Positions 1 through 11,060 are shown, counted from the stretch's first letter. The stretch is 64,000 nt of DNA from an uncultured Conexibacteraceae bacterium (GCA_963731005.1 CAVSTZ010000001.1:1585776-1649775), one strand, 5' to 3'. Numbers and translations are program-made. Notes: generated by a model not told the origin, from the letters alone.

Positions 1-1085
1 AGCACGGCCGGCGACGGCGAGACCGCGGCGCCGGGCAGCGCGGTGCTCGCGCTCAGCGCGAACGAGGGGCCGGCGTCGCCGACGTAGCGCAGCGTGAACG
101 GCACCGTGGCGGTGGCGCCGGGCGTGACGGTCGCCTCGCCGCCGGAGCCGCGCAGGTCCTTCAGCGCCAGCGTGTCGCCGGTCGACATGCGCCCGCAGAG
201 CGTCGTCGGCACGAGCGGCAGGCCCTGGCTGTTGGTCTCCTGGCCCTCGAGATCGACACCGTAGATCGTGTCGTAGGGAAAGCCGCGGTACTCCTGGCAG
301 TCGACCGGACGCGAGTCGAGCAGTTGCAGGCCGAAGGTCTCGCTGCCGGTCGCATCCAGCCCGCGGGGGTCGACGCCGTCATAGATCGACTCCGGGAAGG
401 CCATGCGCATGCCGCCGAGCACCGCGTGGGCAAAGCTCGCCGGGGCCGGCAGGCCGCCGTCGCCACGGGCGGGCGTGAAGTCGGCGGCCACCGACCAGTC
501 ACTGTCGCCCTCGGAGGCCGGGGGCGCGTCGCTCGCGGCGATGTGCTGGAGACCGGCCGCCAGCTCGGGCAGGCCCTCGCCGGGCTGGGCGGCCTGTCCG
601 ACCACGGGCGAGATGTAGCCGACCCACTGTTGACCGGCGGGCGCCGGGCGCGTGTGCTGCAGCGTCTCGTCGAGGCTCGGCTTGCGCGTCAGGGTGACGG
701 TGTCGGCGTCAAAGCCGGAGGGCAGCGTGGCCGTCGCGGTCGCCGGCGCCTTGGCGTTGTCGGGCACGAGGAAGGCCGTGAAGAACTGAACGCCGCCGTT
801 GTCGGCGAAGCCCTCCGCGAAGCCGGCCTGGTGGGGCTCGGTGTCACAGCCGCCGTCACCGTTGGCGGGAATCGACAGGCCGGGGCTGAAGGCCGCCGCC
901 GTGTTGGTGGTGAACTCGCCCGCCTCGTCGAGGCAGAGCGTGGCGTCGACGTGCACGACGTCGCCGATGACGTCCTGCTGGGTGGCGCTCTCGTCCCGCA
1001 CCGAGTAGCCGTTGAGGCCGGCGCAGCCCGTGAGGCCGGCAGCGGCCAGCGCGACGGCGAACGCCGCGCGGATCTTCCGTGACAT
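1..1085 (-). CDS. Secreted lipoprotein, unknown function (runs off the window edge)
   Basis: Own translation from ATG 1085: MSRKIRAAFAVALAAAGLTGC (signal peptide with lipobox LTGC). The frame stays open to position 1 with high GC3. Not in the ORF track. Confidence 0.75.
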   Translation of the reverse strand, partial: MSRKIRAAFAVALAAAGLTGCAGLNGYSVRDESATQQDVIGDVVHVDATLCLDEAGEFTTNTAAAFSPGLSIPANGDGGCDTEPHQAGFAEGFADNGGVQFFTAFLVPDNAKAPATATATLPSGFDADTVTLTRKPSLDETLQHTRPAPAGQQWVGYISPVVGQAAQPGEGLPELAAGLQHIAASDAPPASEGDSDWSVAADFTPARGDGGLPAPASFAHAVLGGMRMAFPESIYDGVDPRGLDATGSETFGLQLLDSRPVDCQEYRGFPYDTIYGVDLEGQETNSQGLPLVPTTLCGRMSTGDTLALKDLRGSGGEATVTPGATATVPFTLRYVGDAGPSFALSASTALPGAAVSPSPAV

Positions 1086-1281
1086 CGAATCCCCTGCTTG
1101 TCGTGCTGCGCCGCGGACGTCCGTGCCGCGGCGGTTCCTGTCCCGGCCAACACGGTGGAGCACGGGCCCCGATCTCTCCATCGTCCATTCGTCCGGGAGG
1201 TCTCAAGGCGCTCAAGCCCACCGACCTGGACGTTTCCTGGACACCCGCCGCCGGCGGGCCGTCGCTAGCATGCCGCGACCT

Positions 1282-2193
1282 ATGAGCCCCGCCCCTGCCA
1301 CCGCGGAGGAGATCCGCGACGTCAACACCCGCTACCACGACGGCGCCGCGGCCGACTACGACGCCAAGTGGGGCATCGACTTCGGCGAGACCGGCCGCAC
1401 GCAGGTGCTGGGCAAGCTGCGCAAGGCGCTGGGCGGCGACCTGCGGTCGTTCGCGCGCAGCCTGGAGCTCGGCGCGGGCACGGGCTACTTCTCGCTGAAC
1501 CTGCTGCAGGCGGGCGTGATCACCGACGCGACCTGCAGCGACATCTCGCCAGGGGATGGTCGACGCGCTGGAGCGCAACGCGACCGCGCTGGGCCTGGAC
1601 GTCGACGCGCGCATCGCCGACGCCGAGGCGCTGCCGTTCGCCGACGAGTAGCTTCGACCTCGTCCTCGGCCACGCCGTCCTGCACCACCTGCCCGACCTG
1701 GACCAGGCGTGGCGGCGAGATCCACCGCGTGCTGGCGCCCGGCGGCGTCGCGGTCTTCGCCGGCGAGCCGTCGCACCACGGCGACCGCATCGCCAACGTG
1801 CCCAAGCGCGCGGCGACGCGCGTCGCGCCCGCGTGGCGGCGCGCCATGCGCGCCCGGCCGGCGTCGGAGGGCAACCTCGACGGCGGCGCCGAGAACCACC
1901 AGCTGGAGTCGATGGTCGACGTCCACGCCTTCACGCCCGAGCAGCTCGCCGCCGGTGCGCGCGCCGCCGCGTTCGCCGACGTCCACGTGCGCGGCGAGGA
2001 GCTGCTGGCCAACTGGTTCGGCTGGGCCAACCGCGCGCTGGAGGCGACCGCCGACCCGGAGACCGTGCCGTGGGCGTGGAAGATGTACGCCTTCCGCGGC
2101 TACGTCGGGTTGCAGCACGTCGACCGCGTGCTGCTCGAGCCGCGCCTGCCGTCGGCGATCTTCTACAACTTGATGATCACGGCGCAGAAGTAG
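1282..2193 (+). CDS. Class I SAM-dependent methyltransferase (actinobacterial Rv3038c-like); compensating indels near 1550-1710
   Basis: SAM-binding motif LELGAGTG, SDISPGM and SFDLVLGHAVLHHLPD motifs read across frames. Confidence 0.85.
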   Translation: MSPAPATAEEIRDVNTRYHDGAAADYDAKWGIDFGETGRTQVLGKLRKALGGDLRSFARSLELGAGTGYFSLNLLQAGVITDATCSDISPGDGRRAGAQRDRAGPGRRRAHRRRRGAAVRRRVASTSSSATPSCTTCPTWTRRGGEIHRVLAPGGVAVFAGEPSHHGDRIANVPKRAATRVAPAWRRAMRARPASEGNLDGGAENHQLESMVDVHAFTPEQLAAGARAAAFADVHVRGEELLANWFGWANRALEATADPETVPWAWKMYAFRGYVGLQHVDRVLLEPRLPSAIFYNLMITAQK

Positions 2194-3612
2194 CCGCGCC
2201 GTAGCGCTGCTTGGCGACCTCGCGCTCGTGCGCGTGGTCGACGATCGGCGCCGGGTAGTCGCGGCCGATCACGCAGCCCGCCGCGCGCCTGCTCGGCGTC
2301 GCTCATCGTCCACGGCTCGGCGAGCTCGGCGTCGGGCACGTCGCGCCAGCTCGGGCACCCAGCGGCGCACGTAGCGACCGTCGGGGTCGAACTTGCGCTG
2401 CTGGAGCATCGGGTTGAACAGGCGCCGGAAGTACGGCGCGGGGTCGACGCCGACCGACGCGATCCACTGCCAGTTGCCGTTGTTCTGCGCGGGCTCGCCG
2501 TCGAGCAGCAGGCGCGCGAAGTGGCGCTCGCCCTCGCGCCAGTCGATGTGCAGGTCCTTGGTCAGGAACGAGCCGACGACCAGCCGCGCGCGGTTGTGCA
2601 TCCAGCCCGTCTGCGCGAGCTGGCGCATGCCGGCGTCGACGAGCGGATAGCCGGTCCGGCCCGCCTTCCAGGCCGCCAGCGCCTCGGCGTCGTCGGCCCA
2701 GTCGCAGGCCGTGGCGGTAGCGCTCCTGGAACTCCTGTCGCGACGTTGCTCGGGGTACATGCAGCAGCTGATGGGCGTAGAAGTCGCGCCAGGCGAGCTG
2801 GCGGATGAACGCCGCCGCGCCGGCGCCGCCGGGCGCTGCGCGCGCTCCTCGCACTCGCGCGCCGACAGGCAGCCCCAGCGCAGGTAGGGCGAGAGCACCG
2901 AGGTGCCGCCGGTCGAGAGCGCGTCGTGGCGGTCGGCGTAGCGGTCGAGGTCGGCCGTCGCAGCCAGCGCGCCAGCGCCGCGCGGGCCGCGGTCTCGCCG
3001 GGCTCGACGACCGGCTCGGGGACGTCGGCGTCGTCGACGCTCAGCGCCGCGGCCGACGGGATGCCGTCCCTTGCGCAGCGACGGTGGCAGCGGCGGGAGC
3101 GCCGTCGGCGCGCGGTGCACGGGCGGCGCTGCACGCTCGGCGATCGCGCGCCAGAACGGCGTGAAGACCGTGTAGGGCTTGCCGCCCTGCGTCCGCGGCC
3201 GCGAGGGGTCGACGAGGTAGCCGCCGCCGTGCGGCTCGGCCTCGACGCCCGCTTCGCGCAGCGCCTCGGTGACCCGCGGTCGCGCCGCCGCGCGTAGGGC
3301 GCGACGTCGCTGGTCCACAGCACGGCCCGCGCGCCGACCTCCGCGCGCCACGGCCACCACCTCGTCCTCCGGCGCGCCGTGGCGGACGACCAGCCCGGAG
3401 CCGCGCGCGCGCAGGTCCGCGTCGAGCGCGCGCAGGCAGCCGAGCAGGAAGCGCGCCCGCGCCGGGCTGCGCGTAGCGCCCGTGCAGCAGCGCGTCGTCG
3501 AGCACGAAGAGCGGGACGACCCGCTCGTGGTCGCGCGCACGCGGCGCTCAGCGCCGGGTGGTCGTGGAGCGCGCAGGTCGCGGCGGAACCAGACGATGGC
3601 GGTGGCGCTCAC
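2177..3612 (-). CDS. phrB: Deoxyribodipyrimidine photolyase (cryptochrome/photolyase family); frameshifted
   Basis: IVWFRRDLR, LSPYLRWG, GRTGYPLVDAGMRQL..TGWMHNRAR, NNGNWQW, KFDPDGRYVRRWVPEL, DYPAPIVDH. TGA at 2177-2179 overlaps the 3' end of the methyltransferase. Confidence 0.92.
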
Positions 3613-3663
3613 TACGCGCTCATACGGCGCACCGCAGCGCCCGGCTCAACCTACAATCGCGCT

Positions 3664-4291
3664 ATGGGCGAGCAACGACCGGACTTCCCGCTCTTCCCGC
3701 TGGGCATCGTCGCGCTGCCCGCACGAGCTCGTGCCGCTGCACATCTTCGAGGAGCGCTACAAGGCGATGATCGACGAGTGCCTGGAGCGACGGGCGCGAG
3801 TTCGGGATCGTCTGGCCGCCGACGACGGGCTGAAGGCCAACGGCTGCGCGATGGAGGTCACCGAGGTCCTGGAGCGCCATGAGGACGGCGCGGCTGAACA
3901 TCCTCACGCGCGGCACGCGGCCCTTCCGGATCCTCGAGGAGCACTTCGACCACGTCTATCCGGCGGGCGCGGTCGAGTTCCTCGACGACCAGGACGAGCC
4001 GGCCGACGCGCCGATCGTCGAGGCCGCCCACGCGGCCTACTGGCAGCCTCGTCGAGGAGGCGACCGACAAGGTCCTGGAGCCCGAGCTGCTGGAGCCGCT
4101 GACCGCCTACGAGATGGCCGCGACCGTCGACTTCGGGCCTGACGCCAAGCAGGGGCTGCTCGACCTGCGCTCCGAGAACGCGCGGCTGCGCGCTGCTGAC
4201 CCGCCTGTTCCGCGCCGCGGTCAAGCGGCTGGACTTCATCGAGCGCGCGCAGGCTCGGGCGCGGTCGAACGGGAAGGTCCGCTTCGGCTAA
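3664..4291 (+). CDS. Lon protease substrate-binding (LON N-terminal) domain protein; frameshifted
   Basis: FPLFPLGIV..P.E.VPLHIFEERYKAMI, NILTRGTRPFRI, KQGLLDLRSENARL. Confidence 0.85.
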
Positions 4292-5237
4292 GCCAGCCTC
4301 GGCGCAGCCGCGGTCGAACGGAAGGTTCGCTTCGGCTGACCGGCTCGGCCTCGACCTCCGGCCTGCCCGCAGGCGGCCCGACGCCGCCAGCCAGGAGCCC
4401 GCGAGGATCAGGACGAGGCCGCCGATCGTCGCCGAGCGTCAGCGTCCTCGTCGAGCAGGATCACGCCGTAGATCACCGCGAACGCCGGCGCCACGTAGGC
4501 GACGACCGACGCGCGCGCCGGGCCGATCTCCGCGATCAGGTGTAGAAGAACAGGAACGCCAGGCCGGTGCCGCCGGCGCCGAGCGCGATCATCGACAGCA
4601 CCGCGTTGGCGCCCGGGTTGTGGGTCGGCAGCGAGAGCAGCGGCGACCGGCAGCCAGACGACCGCGCTGATGACGAGGTTCGAGGCCGCGACGCCGACCG
4701 GCGGCACGCCGGTGAAGCCGCGCTTGACGATCAGCACCGCGACCGCGTAGCAGAGCGCCCGCGCCGACGACCATCAGGCCGCCGATCGAGCGTCTCGGCG
4801 TCGCCCGCTGAGGTCGACGCCGAACAGCAGCACGACGCCGACCATCCCGAGCACGACGCCGACCAGGCCCCAGCCGTGCGATCGCTCGGCCGGGTCGAAC
4901 TTGACGGCCAGCAGCGCGACGAACAGCGGCGCGGTCGCGACGAGGATCCCGGCGAGCGCCGAGGGCACGTGGTTCTCGCCGAAGGTGATCAGGCCGAACG
5001 GGACGACGACCTGCGCGGCGGCCAGCGCCAGCGCCCAGCCGCGGCGGCGCGCAGGATCATCGGCACCGCGCCGCAGCGGATCGCCAGCGGCGCCAGCACG
5101 GCCGCGCCGAGGATCGTCCGCGCGCAGATGATGAAGCCCTCCGACAGGCCGTCGTCGAGCGCGACCTTGATGAACATGTACGACGCGCCCCACAGCGCGG
5201 CGGTGAACGAGAGCGAGAGCCAGGCGCGCGGGGTCAC
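4290..5237 (-). CDS. EamA/DMT family transporter; frameshifted, 3' end approximate
   Basis: WGASYMFIKVAL, VPFGLITFGENHVPSALAGILVATAPLF, IGPARASVVAYVAPAFAVIYGVILLDE. Confidence 0.88.
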
Positions 5238-5292
5238 CGATCGAGTGTGCCACGTCGCCAGCCCCAGCGTCGATGACGATGTCTTGGCGCTG

Positions 5293-5311
5293 CCATCAGC
5301 GGAGCTGATGG
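5293..5311. promoter_or_regulatory. Perfect inverted repeat CCATCAGC-gga-GCTGATGG upstream of the EamA gene (operator or short terminator)
   Basis: 8-bp palindrome arms seen directly in the intergenic gap. Confidence 0.4.
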
Positions 5312-5321
5312 ATCGCTCGGC

Positions 5322-5777
5322 TCAGCGCGCCAGGCCGCAGGCGCCGCGCGCGACGTCGCGCGTCAGCTTCGCCAGGCGGTAGAACGTCTGCGGCTGGCCG
5401 GCCGAGGTGTCGCTGAAGGCGACCGTGCCCATCTCGCTGCGGACGCGGTAGCTCAGCGACGTGATCGCGCCTGGGCGGCAGGTTGAGGTGCTTGGCGGCG
5501 AGGCCGACCTGCTTCTCCTCGTCGTTCTTGTCGCCGTCGAGCTCGCGGCGGATCTCGCGCGCGGTGATCAGCTGCGCGGAGGTGATCTCCTGGCGCCCGC
5601 TGCCGTTGCAGTAGGCGCCGCCGTCGTCGCTGATGCGCAGCGTCAGCCGCGCGCCGGGGATCGAGCCGGTGCGCTGCACGACGAAGAGATCGGCGGGCTG
5701 CGGCGCCGCTGCAGCCGGCCGACAGGACGGCGGCGGCAGCGACGGCGAGCGAGGACCACGAGGCGGCGGGGCGACAT
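5322..5777 (-). CDS. Hypothetical lipoprotein; frameshifted
   Basis: Hydrophobic N-terminus ending AVLSAGC, then QRTGSIPGARLTLRISDDGGAYCNG...SYRVRSEMGTVAFSDTS...GACGLAR*. Confidence 0.6.
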
Positions 5778-5803
5778 GCAGCGGCCATCCTGTCGCAGCG
5801 GCG

Positions 5804-7290
5804 TCACGCCCGCGCCGCGCCGCCGCCGCGGCGCGGGTCGCCGGCGCCCGTCAGCGCGCCGGTCGCGCGGTCGCGCTCGACCGCCTGGACGCCGCCGAAG
5901 AACAGGTTGCGCGCGCGGAACGGCGCGAGCGTCCGGCCGGCCGGCGTCGAGCGCCGTCAGCGTCGATCCCCGGCTCGGCGTAGACCGACGTCGTCCTCGA
6001 AGTGCAGCGCGCGGCGCCTCGACCGCCGCGCGCGGCGTCGAGGCCGTGGTCGACGACGCCGACGATCGTCTGCAGGATCGCCGAGCGGATCCGGTTGGAG
6101 CCCGCGCTGCCGAGCGACCAGCTCGACCTCGCCGTCGGCGCCGAGCACGACCGTCGGCGCCATCATCGACGGCATCCGCCGGCCCGGCGGCGCGGTGAGA
6201 AGCCGAGCGGGTTGAGGTCCTCCTCGCCCATCATGTTGTTGAGGTGGATGCCCGGTGCCGGGGACGACGAGGCCGGAGCCCTCGCCGTTGGTGCACGTCA
6301 CCGCGCACGCGCGGCCGTCGCCGTCGAGCACCGAGATGTGCGTCGTCGAGCCCAGCTGCGCGGCCAGGAAGCGCTCGAGGAAGCCGGGCTCGGCGAGGCC
6401 CGTCGACGAACTCCGGCGTGCGCGCGTCCTGGGCGCCCTCCATCACGTCGACGAGCGTCGGCCGGCGACGGCGGCGGCCCGCCGGCTGCGCGTCGAGCCG
6501 CGCCAGCGCGAGCGCGAGCAGGGTCCCGCCGGCCGACGGCGGCGGGTTGGTGAGCGACCGTCGCGCCCGCGGTAGGCGACCCGCACCGGCTCGCGCGCGA
6601 TCGGCTCGTAGCCGGCGAGGTCGGCGCGCCGTCAGCATGCCGCCGCGCGCGCGCGACCCAGGCGACGACCGCGGCGGCGATGTCGCCGTGTAGAACGGCG
6701 CGGCGCCCTCGGCGCCGAGGCGCTCGATCGTGTCGCCCAGCTCGGGCTGAGCGAAACGCTCGCCCTCGCGCAGCGCGCGGCCGCCGGGCGCGAACAGCGC
6801 GGCGGCCTCGCGGCGTCGAGAGCAGGATCCCCTCGAGGATCTCGAAGACGTAGGCCTGCGGCGCGTTCAGCGCGACGCCGTCGCGCGCGAGCGCCGCGGC
6901 GGGCGCGGCGAGGTCGGCCAGCGGCAGCGTGCCCCAGCGGCGCGCCGCCTCCTCGAGGCCCGCCGGCGTGCCCGGCACGCCGCACGACGCGGCGCCGACG
7001 TGGAAGATCTGCATCGCGTCGCCGAACGAGACCTCGATCGGCAGCAGCGGCGCGCGCGCTCGCCGTCGCGCCCGGCGCGGCGACGAAGAAGTCCAGCAGC
7101 GTCGGCTCCTGCCCCGGCGCCGGCCACGAGCATGTAGCCGCCGGCGCCCGGCCCGGTCAGCAGCGGCTCGGCGACCCACGACGCCAGCATCGCCGCGATC
7201 GCCGCGTCGACGGCGTTGCCGCCCGCGCGCAGCACGCGCGGCGCCCGCCTCGGCGGTCACCGGATGCCCGGCGGCGACGATCCCCTCCAT
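5804..7290 (-). CDS. ggt: Gamma-glutamyltransferase family protein; frameshifted
   Basis: [26 protein letters not shown], catalytic [45 protein letters not shown]. Confidence 0.9.
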
Positions 7291-7357
7291 CAGCCGATCC
7301 TGACACCAAGCCGCCATCAGGCCTGCCCCGGCAGCCTGACCGCGCGACCCGAACGAC

Positions 7358-7386
7358 CGAGGGCCCGCGATCGGCGCGGGCCCTCG
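7358..7386 (-). terminator. Hairpin terminator downstream of ftsZ
   Basis: 12-bp perfect stem CGAGGGCCCGCG / CGCGGGCCCTCG with a 5-nt loop. Confidence 0.65.
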
Positions 7387-7413
7387 AAGCGTGCTGCACG
7401 GTGTCGGCGGCGT

Positions 7414-8986
7414 CTATCGGCGCGGCAGGAACTCCGGGACGTCGAGGTCGGAGACGACGCCGCCGCGGCGGACCGCGATCGGCTCGCGCTGCGCGGTCAC
7501 CGCGCGGCGTGCGGCGCTCGACGCGCGGCTCGCCGCGCCCGGGCTCCTCGATCCGCGGCTCGGCCGACGCTTGGGCGCGTCGCCGTAGCCGGTCGCCACG
7601 ACCGTGACCCAGACCTGGTCCTCGAGCTTCTCGTCGACCATCGCGCCGAAGATGATGTTGGCGTCCGGGTGGGCGGCCTCCGCGACGGCCTTGGCCGCCT
7701 CGTTGACCTCCCACAGCGACAGGTCGCGGCCGCCGGTGATCGACAGCAGGATCGAGCGCGCGCCCTCCATGCTCGTCTCCAGCAGCGGCGAGGAGACGGC
7801 CTGCTCGGCGGCCTCGATCGCGCGCTTGTCGCCGGTGCCCATGCCGATGCCCAGCAGCGCCGCGCCGGCGTCGGACATGATCGTCCGCACGTCGGCGAAG
7901 TCGAGGTTGATCAGGCCCGGGAGCGTCACGAGGTCCGAGATGCCCTGGACGCCCTGGCGCAGCACGTCGTCGGCGACGCGGAAGGCGTCGACCATCGACG
8001 TGTGCTTGTCGAGCACGCTGAGCAGGCGGTTGTTGGGGACGACGATCAGCGTGTCGACCTCGTCGTGCAGCGCCTCGATGCCGACCTCGGCCTGCTCGCG
8101 CGCGGCGCGTGCCCTCGAAGCCGAACGGCTTCGTGACGATGCCGACCGTCAGCGCGCCGATCTCGCGGGCGATGCGCGCGACGATCGGCGCCGCGCCGGT
8201 GCCCGGTGCCGCCGCCGGCGCCGGCGGCGATGAACACCATGTCGCTGCCCTTCAGCAGCGCCTTGATGCGGTCGTACTCCTCCATCGCGGCCTGGCGGCC
8301 GAGGTCCGGGTTCGAGCCGGCGCCGAGCCCGCGCGTGACCTGCGGGCCGATGTGCAGCGTGATGTCGGCGGTCGACTGCTGCAGCGACTGCAGGTCGGTG
8401 TTGATGGCGAGGAACTCGACGCCCTCGACCTCGGCCTCGACCATGCGGTTGACCGCGTTGACGCCGGCACCGCCGACGCCGACGACGCGGATCACCGGCG
8501 AGCCGGCGACCTTGGCGCCCCAGGGCGACTCGTCGTAGCTCGCCGAGCTGCGGGCGTAGGGGTCCGCGGCAGGCGCGGCCGGCGCCGGAGCCGGAGCCGG
8601 AGCCGCGGCGCGCGGCTGCCGGAGCGGCGGGCGCGGCGACCGGCGGGGCCAGGATGTCGTCGGGCAGCTCGGAGCAGAACGCGTGGCGCAGGCGCTCCTG
8701 CGGCGACGGGCGCGCGCGGCGCTCGTGCGACCTCGGGCTCCGGATCGGCGCGCCAGCGACGGATGCGGGTAGCCGCGTCTCGCGCGGATCGGCGCCGGCG
8801 GCGGCTCGGCGGCGGCGGGCCGTCAGTCGGGCGCGGCGGGTCGGCGCTCGGACGTGCCTTGCGGAGCGGCGGCGTCGCCTGCGGCGTCGCCGGCTCGGCG
8901 CGGCCTCGGCGCGCGTCCTCGTCGGTGCGGCGGAAGAGCGCCGCCAGCGGGCCCTCCCGCATGCTCGCGCGCTTACCGCTTGCCAT
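7414..8986 (-). CDS. ftsZ: Cell division protein FtsZ with a ~160-aa N-terminal extension; frameshifted
   Basis: [17 protein letters not shown], tubulin motif GGGTGTG, T7 loop [10 protein letters not shown]-terminal peptide DLDVPEFL. The core starts at 8495. Upstream in-frame codons ([23 protein letters not shown]) have coding-like GC3 and no start codon. Confidence 0.93.
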
Positions 8987-9731
8987 TGGCGAGAACCTCC
9001 TTCGCGAGATCGCGATAGGACTGGGCGGCCATCCCGTCCGGTTCGTACTTCAGGACCGACATGCCCTTCACGGGCGCCTCGGCGAAGCGGATCGTCTTCT
9101 TGATCCGCGACGCGAAGACCCGGTCGCCGAAGTTCTCCTCCAGGATCTCGATCGCCTCCTTGGCGTGGACGGTGCGCGTGTCCATCAAGCGTCGGCAGGA
9201 TGCCCTCGATCTCGACGTCCGGGTTGAGGTTCTCGCGGATCATCTGCAGCGTGTTCTGGAGCTGGATCAGCCCGCGCATCGACAGATACTCGCACTGCAC
9301 GGGGACGATCACCTTGTCCGCCGCCGTCAGGGCGTTGATCGTGAGCAGCCCGAGGCTCGGCGGCGTGTCGATGCAGACGAAGTCGTAGTCGTCCTCGATC
9401 GGCTTGAGCGCCTTCTGCAGCGAGCGCTCGCGGCCGATCTGCGTCGACATCGCGATCTCGGCGCCGGCGAGGTCGATCGACGCGCAGGCGATGTCGATCT
9501 CGCGCTTGCGGATCACCTCGCGGATCGAGCATGTGGTGGACGAGCACGTCGTACATCGACTGTCTCGAGCGTGTCGGGGTCGATGCCCTGGGACATCGTC
9601 AGGTTGCCCTGCGGGTCCATGTCGACGCACAGGACGCGGTGGCCCTTCTCGGCGAACGCGACGGCGAGGTTCAGCGTCGTCGTCGTCTTGGCGACGCCGC
9701 CCTTCTGGTTGGCGAAGGCGATGACCTTCAT
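8973..9731 (-). CDS. ParA/Soj family ATPase, with no parB in the window; start could be 9783
   Basis: Deviant Walker A ANQKGGVAKTTT, VDMDPQGNLT, IDTPPSLGLLTINALTAADKVIVPVQCEY, IRFAEAP. The stop overlaps the start of the FtsZ extension. Confidence 0.93.
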
Positions 9732-9831
9732 GCTGCGATCTCCCGTTCACGGAAGGCTCCGTCGTGGTCGGTTCGGGACCCATCGGGGCGGTATTCGCAG
9801 CGGGCCGGGCGATTCCTCCCGGCGGTGTGGG

Positions 9832-10029
9832 CTAAGCGCGCACGTCGATGTGGGCCCCGGAGCCCGGCGCGACGGGCGCGACCGCCGGCGACTCGCCGTC
9901 GTCGGCGTGCTCGAGGGCCTGGAGGAACTCGCCGTCGACGAACGGGTTCGTGGGCTTGGCGAAGGTCCGGGTGATCAGGACTTCGGCCAGCGACGGTGCT
10001 CCATGCGGGAGGCTGGGCGAAACGGACAT
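9832..10029 (-). CDS. Small hypothetical protein (65 aa) ending GAHIDVRA
   Basis: Open frame MSVSPSLPHGAPSLAEVLITRTFAKPTNPFVDGEFLQALEHA... with GC-rich codon usage; fills the intergenic gap. Confidence 0.5.
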   Translation of the reverse strand: MSVSPSLPHGAPSLAEVLITRTFAKPTNPFVDGEFLQALEHADDGESPAVAPVAPGSGAHIDVRA

Positions 10030-10111
10030 GGTCAGAGTCGCATCGACCGGTCGTCCGCCGGCTTGAGCCTGTCCAGCCGGTTCTGGACGCCAGTAGGGTC
10101 CTGCGGGCGAG

Positions 10112-11060
10112 ATGCGGGAGCTCCTGACCAAGCCGCTGCTCGTCGTCACCGGCAAGGGCGGCGTCGGCAAGTCGACCGTCGCGGCCGCGCTGGGCTGGCG
10201 GCGCCGCGCCGCGGGCTGCGCACGATCGTCGCCGAGGTCGCGCGCGCGCGACGACGTCTCGCGGGCGCTCGCCGACGCGACGCGCCCGAGGGCCGACGTT
10301 CGACGAGCGCGAGCTCGCGCCGGGCCTGCACCACATCTCGATCGACCCCGAGGCCGCGCTGGAGGAGTACCTGCGCGACCAGCTGCCGCGCGGCGCTGGC
10401 CGACCTGCTCGCCTCCAGCCGCGATGTTCGGCCTACCTCGCCGCGGCGACGCCGGGCATGCGCGAGCTGCTGACCGTCGGCAAGGTCTGGGAGCTCGCGC
10501 AGCCCGAGCGCCGCACGCCGGGCGCCGCATCCCTACGACCTCGTGATCGTCGACGCGCCCGCGACCGGCCACGGCGTCGCGGTGCTGACGCGCGCCGCGC
10601 GACGTTCGCCGACGCCGCGCGCGTGCGGGCCGATCGCGCGCCAGGGCGCGCATGATCGACGCGATGCTCGCCGACCCGCGAGCAGACCGGCGATCGTCGC
10701 GGTCGCCACGCGCGCGAGGAGATGCCGGTCAACGAGACGCTCGGCGCTGCGCGACGCGCTGCGCGACGAGCTCGGGCTCAGCGCTCGGCCGCGGTCGTCG
10801 TCAACGGCGTGCTGCCCGACGCGCTTCACGCGCGCGCCGACGGCGCGGCGCTGGCGACGGCGCGCGCCGGCGGCTCGCGCGCGGTGCGCGCCGCGCGGCC
10901 GAGCGCCGCGCGCGCGCGCGGCCCAGCGCGCGCAGCTCGCGCGGCTGCGCCGCGGCGTCGCCGGCGTCGAGGTGCCGCACGCTGCCGCTTCGTCTTCGAG
11001 CCGACGGCCTCGGCGCGCCGACGCGCTCGCGCGCGCTGGCGCGACGAGCTGGTCCGGTGA
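10112..11060 (+). CDS. ArsA/Get3-like ATPase, subunit 1 (Rv3679/BagA-like); heavily frameshifted
   Basis: VVTGKGGVGKST, PGMRELLTVGKVWE, DLVIVDAPATGHG, EEMPVNET. Confidence 0.85.

Noticed and set aside
1645-1655. TAG in the methyltransferase as a recoded stop (pyrrolysine)
   Set aside because: It falls at an indel (GACGAGTAGCTTC) where the frame switches, and no pyl genes are present.
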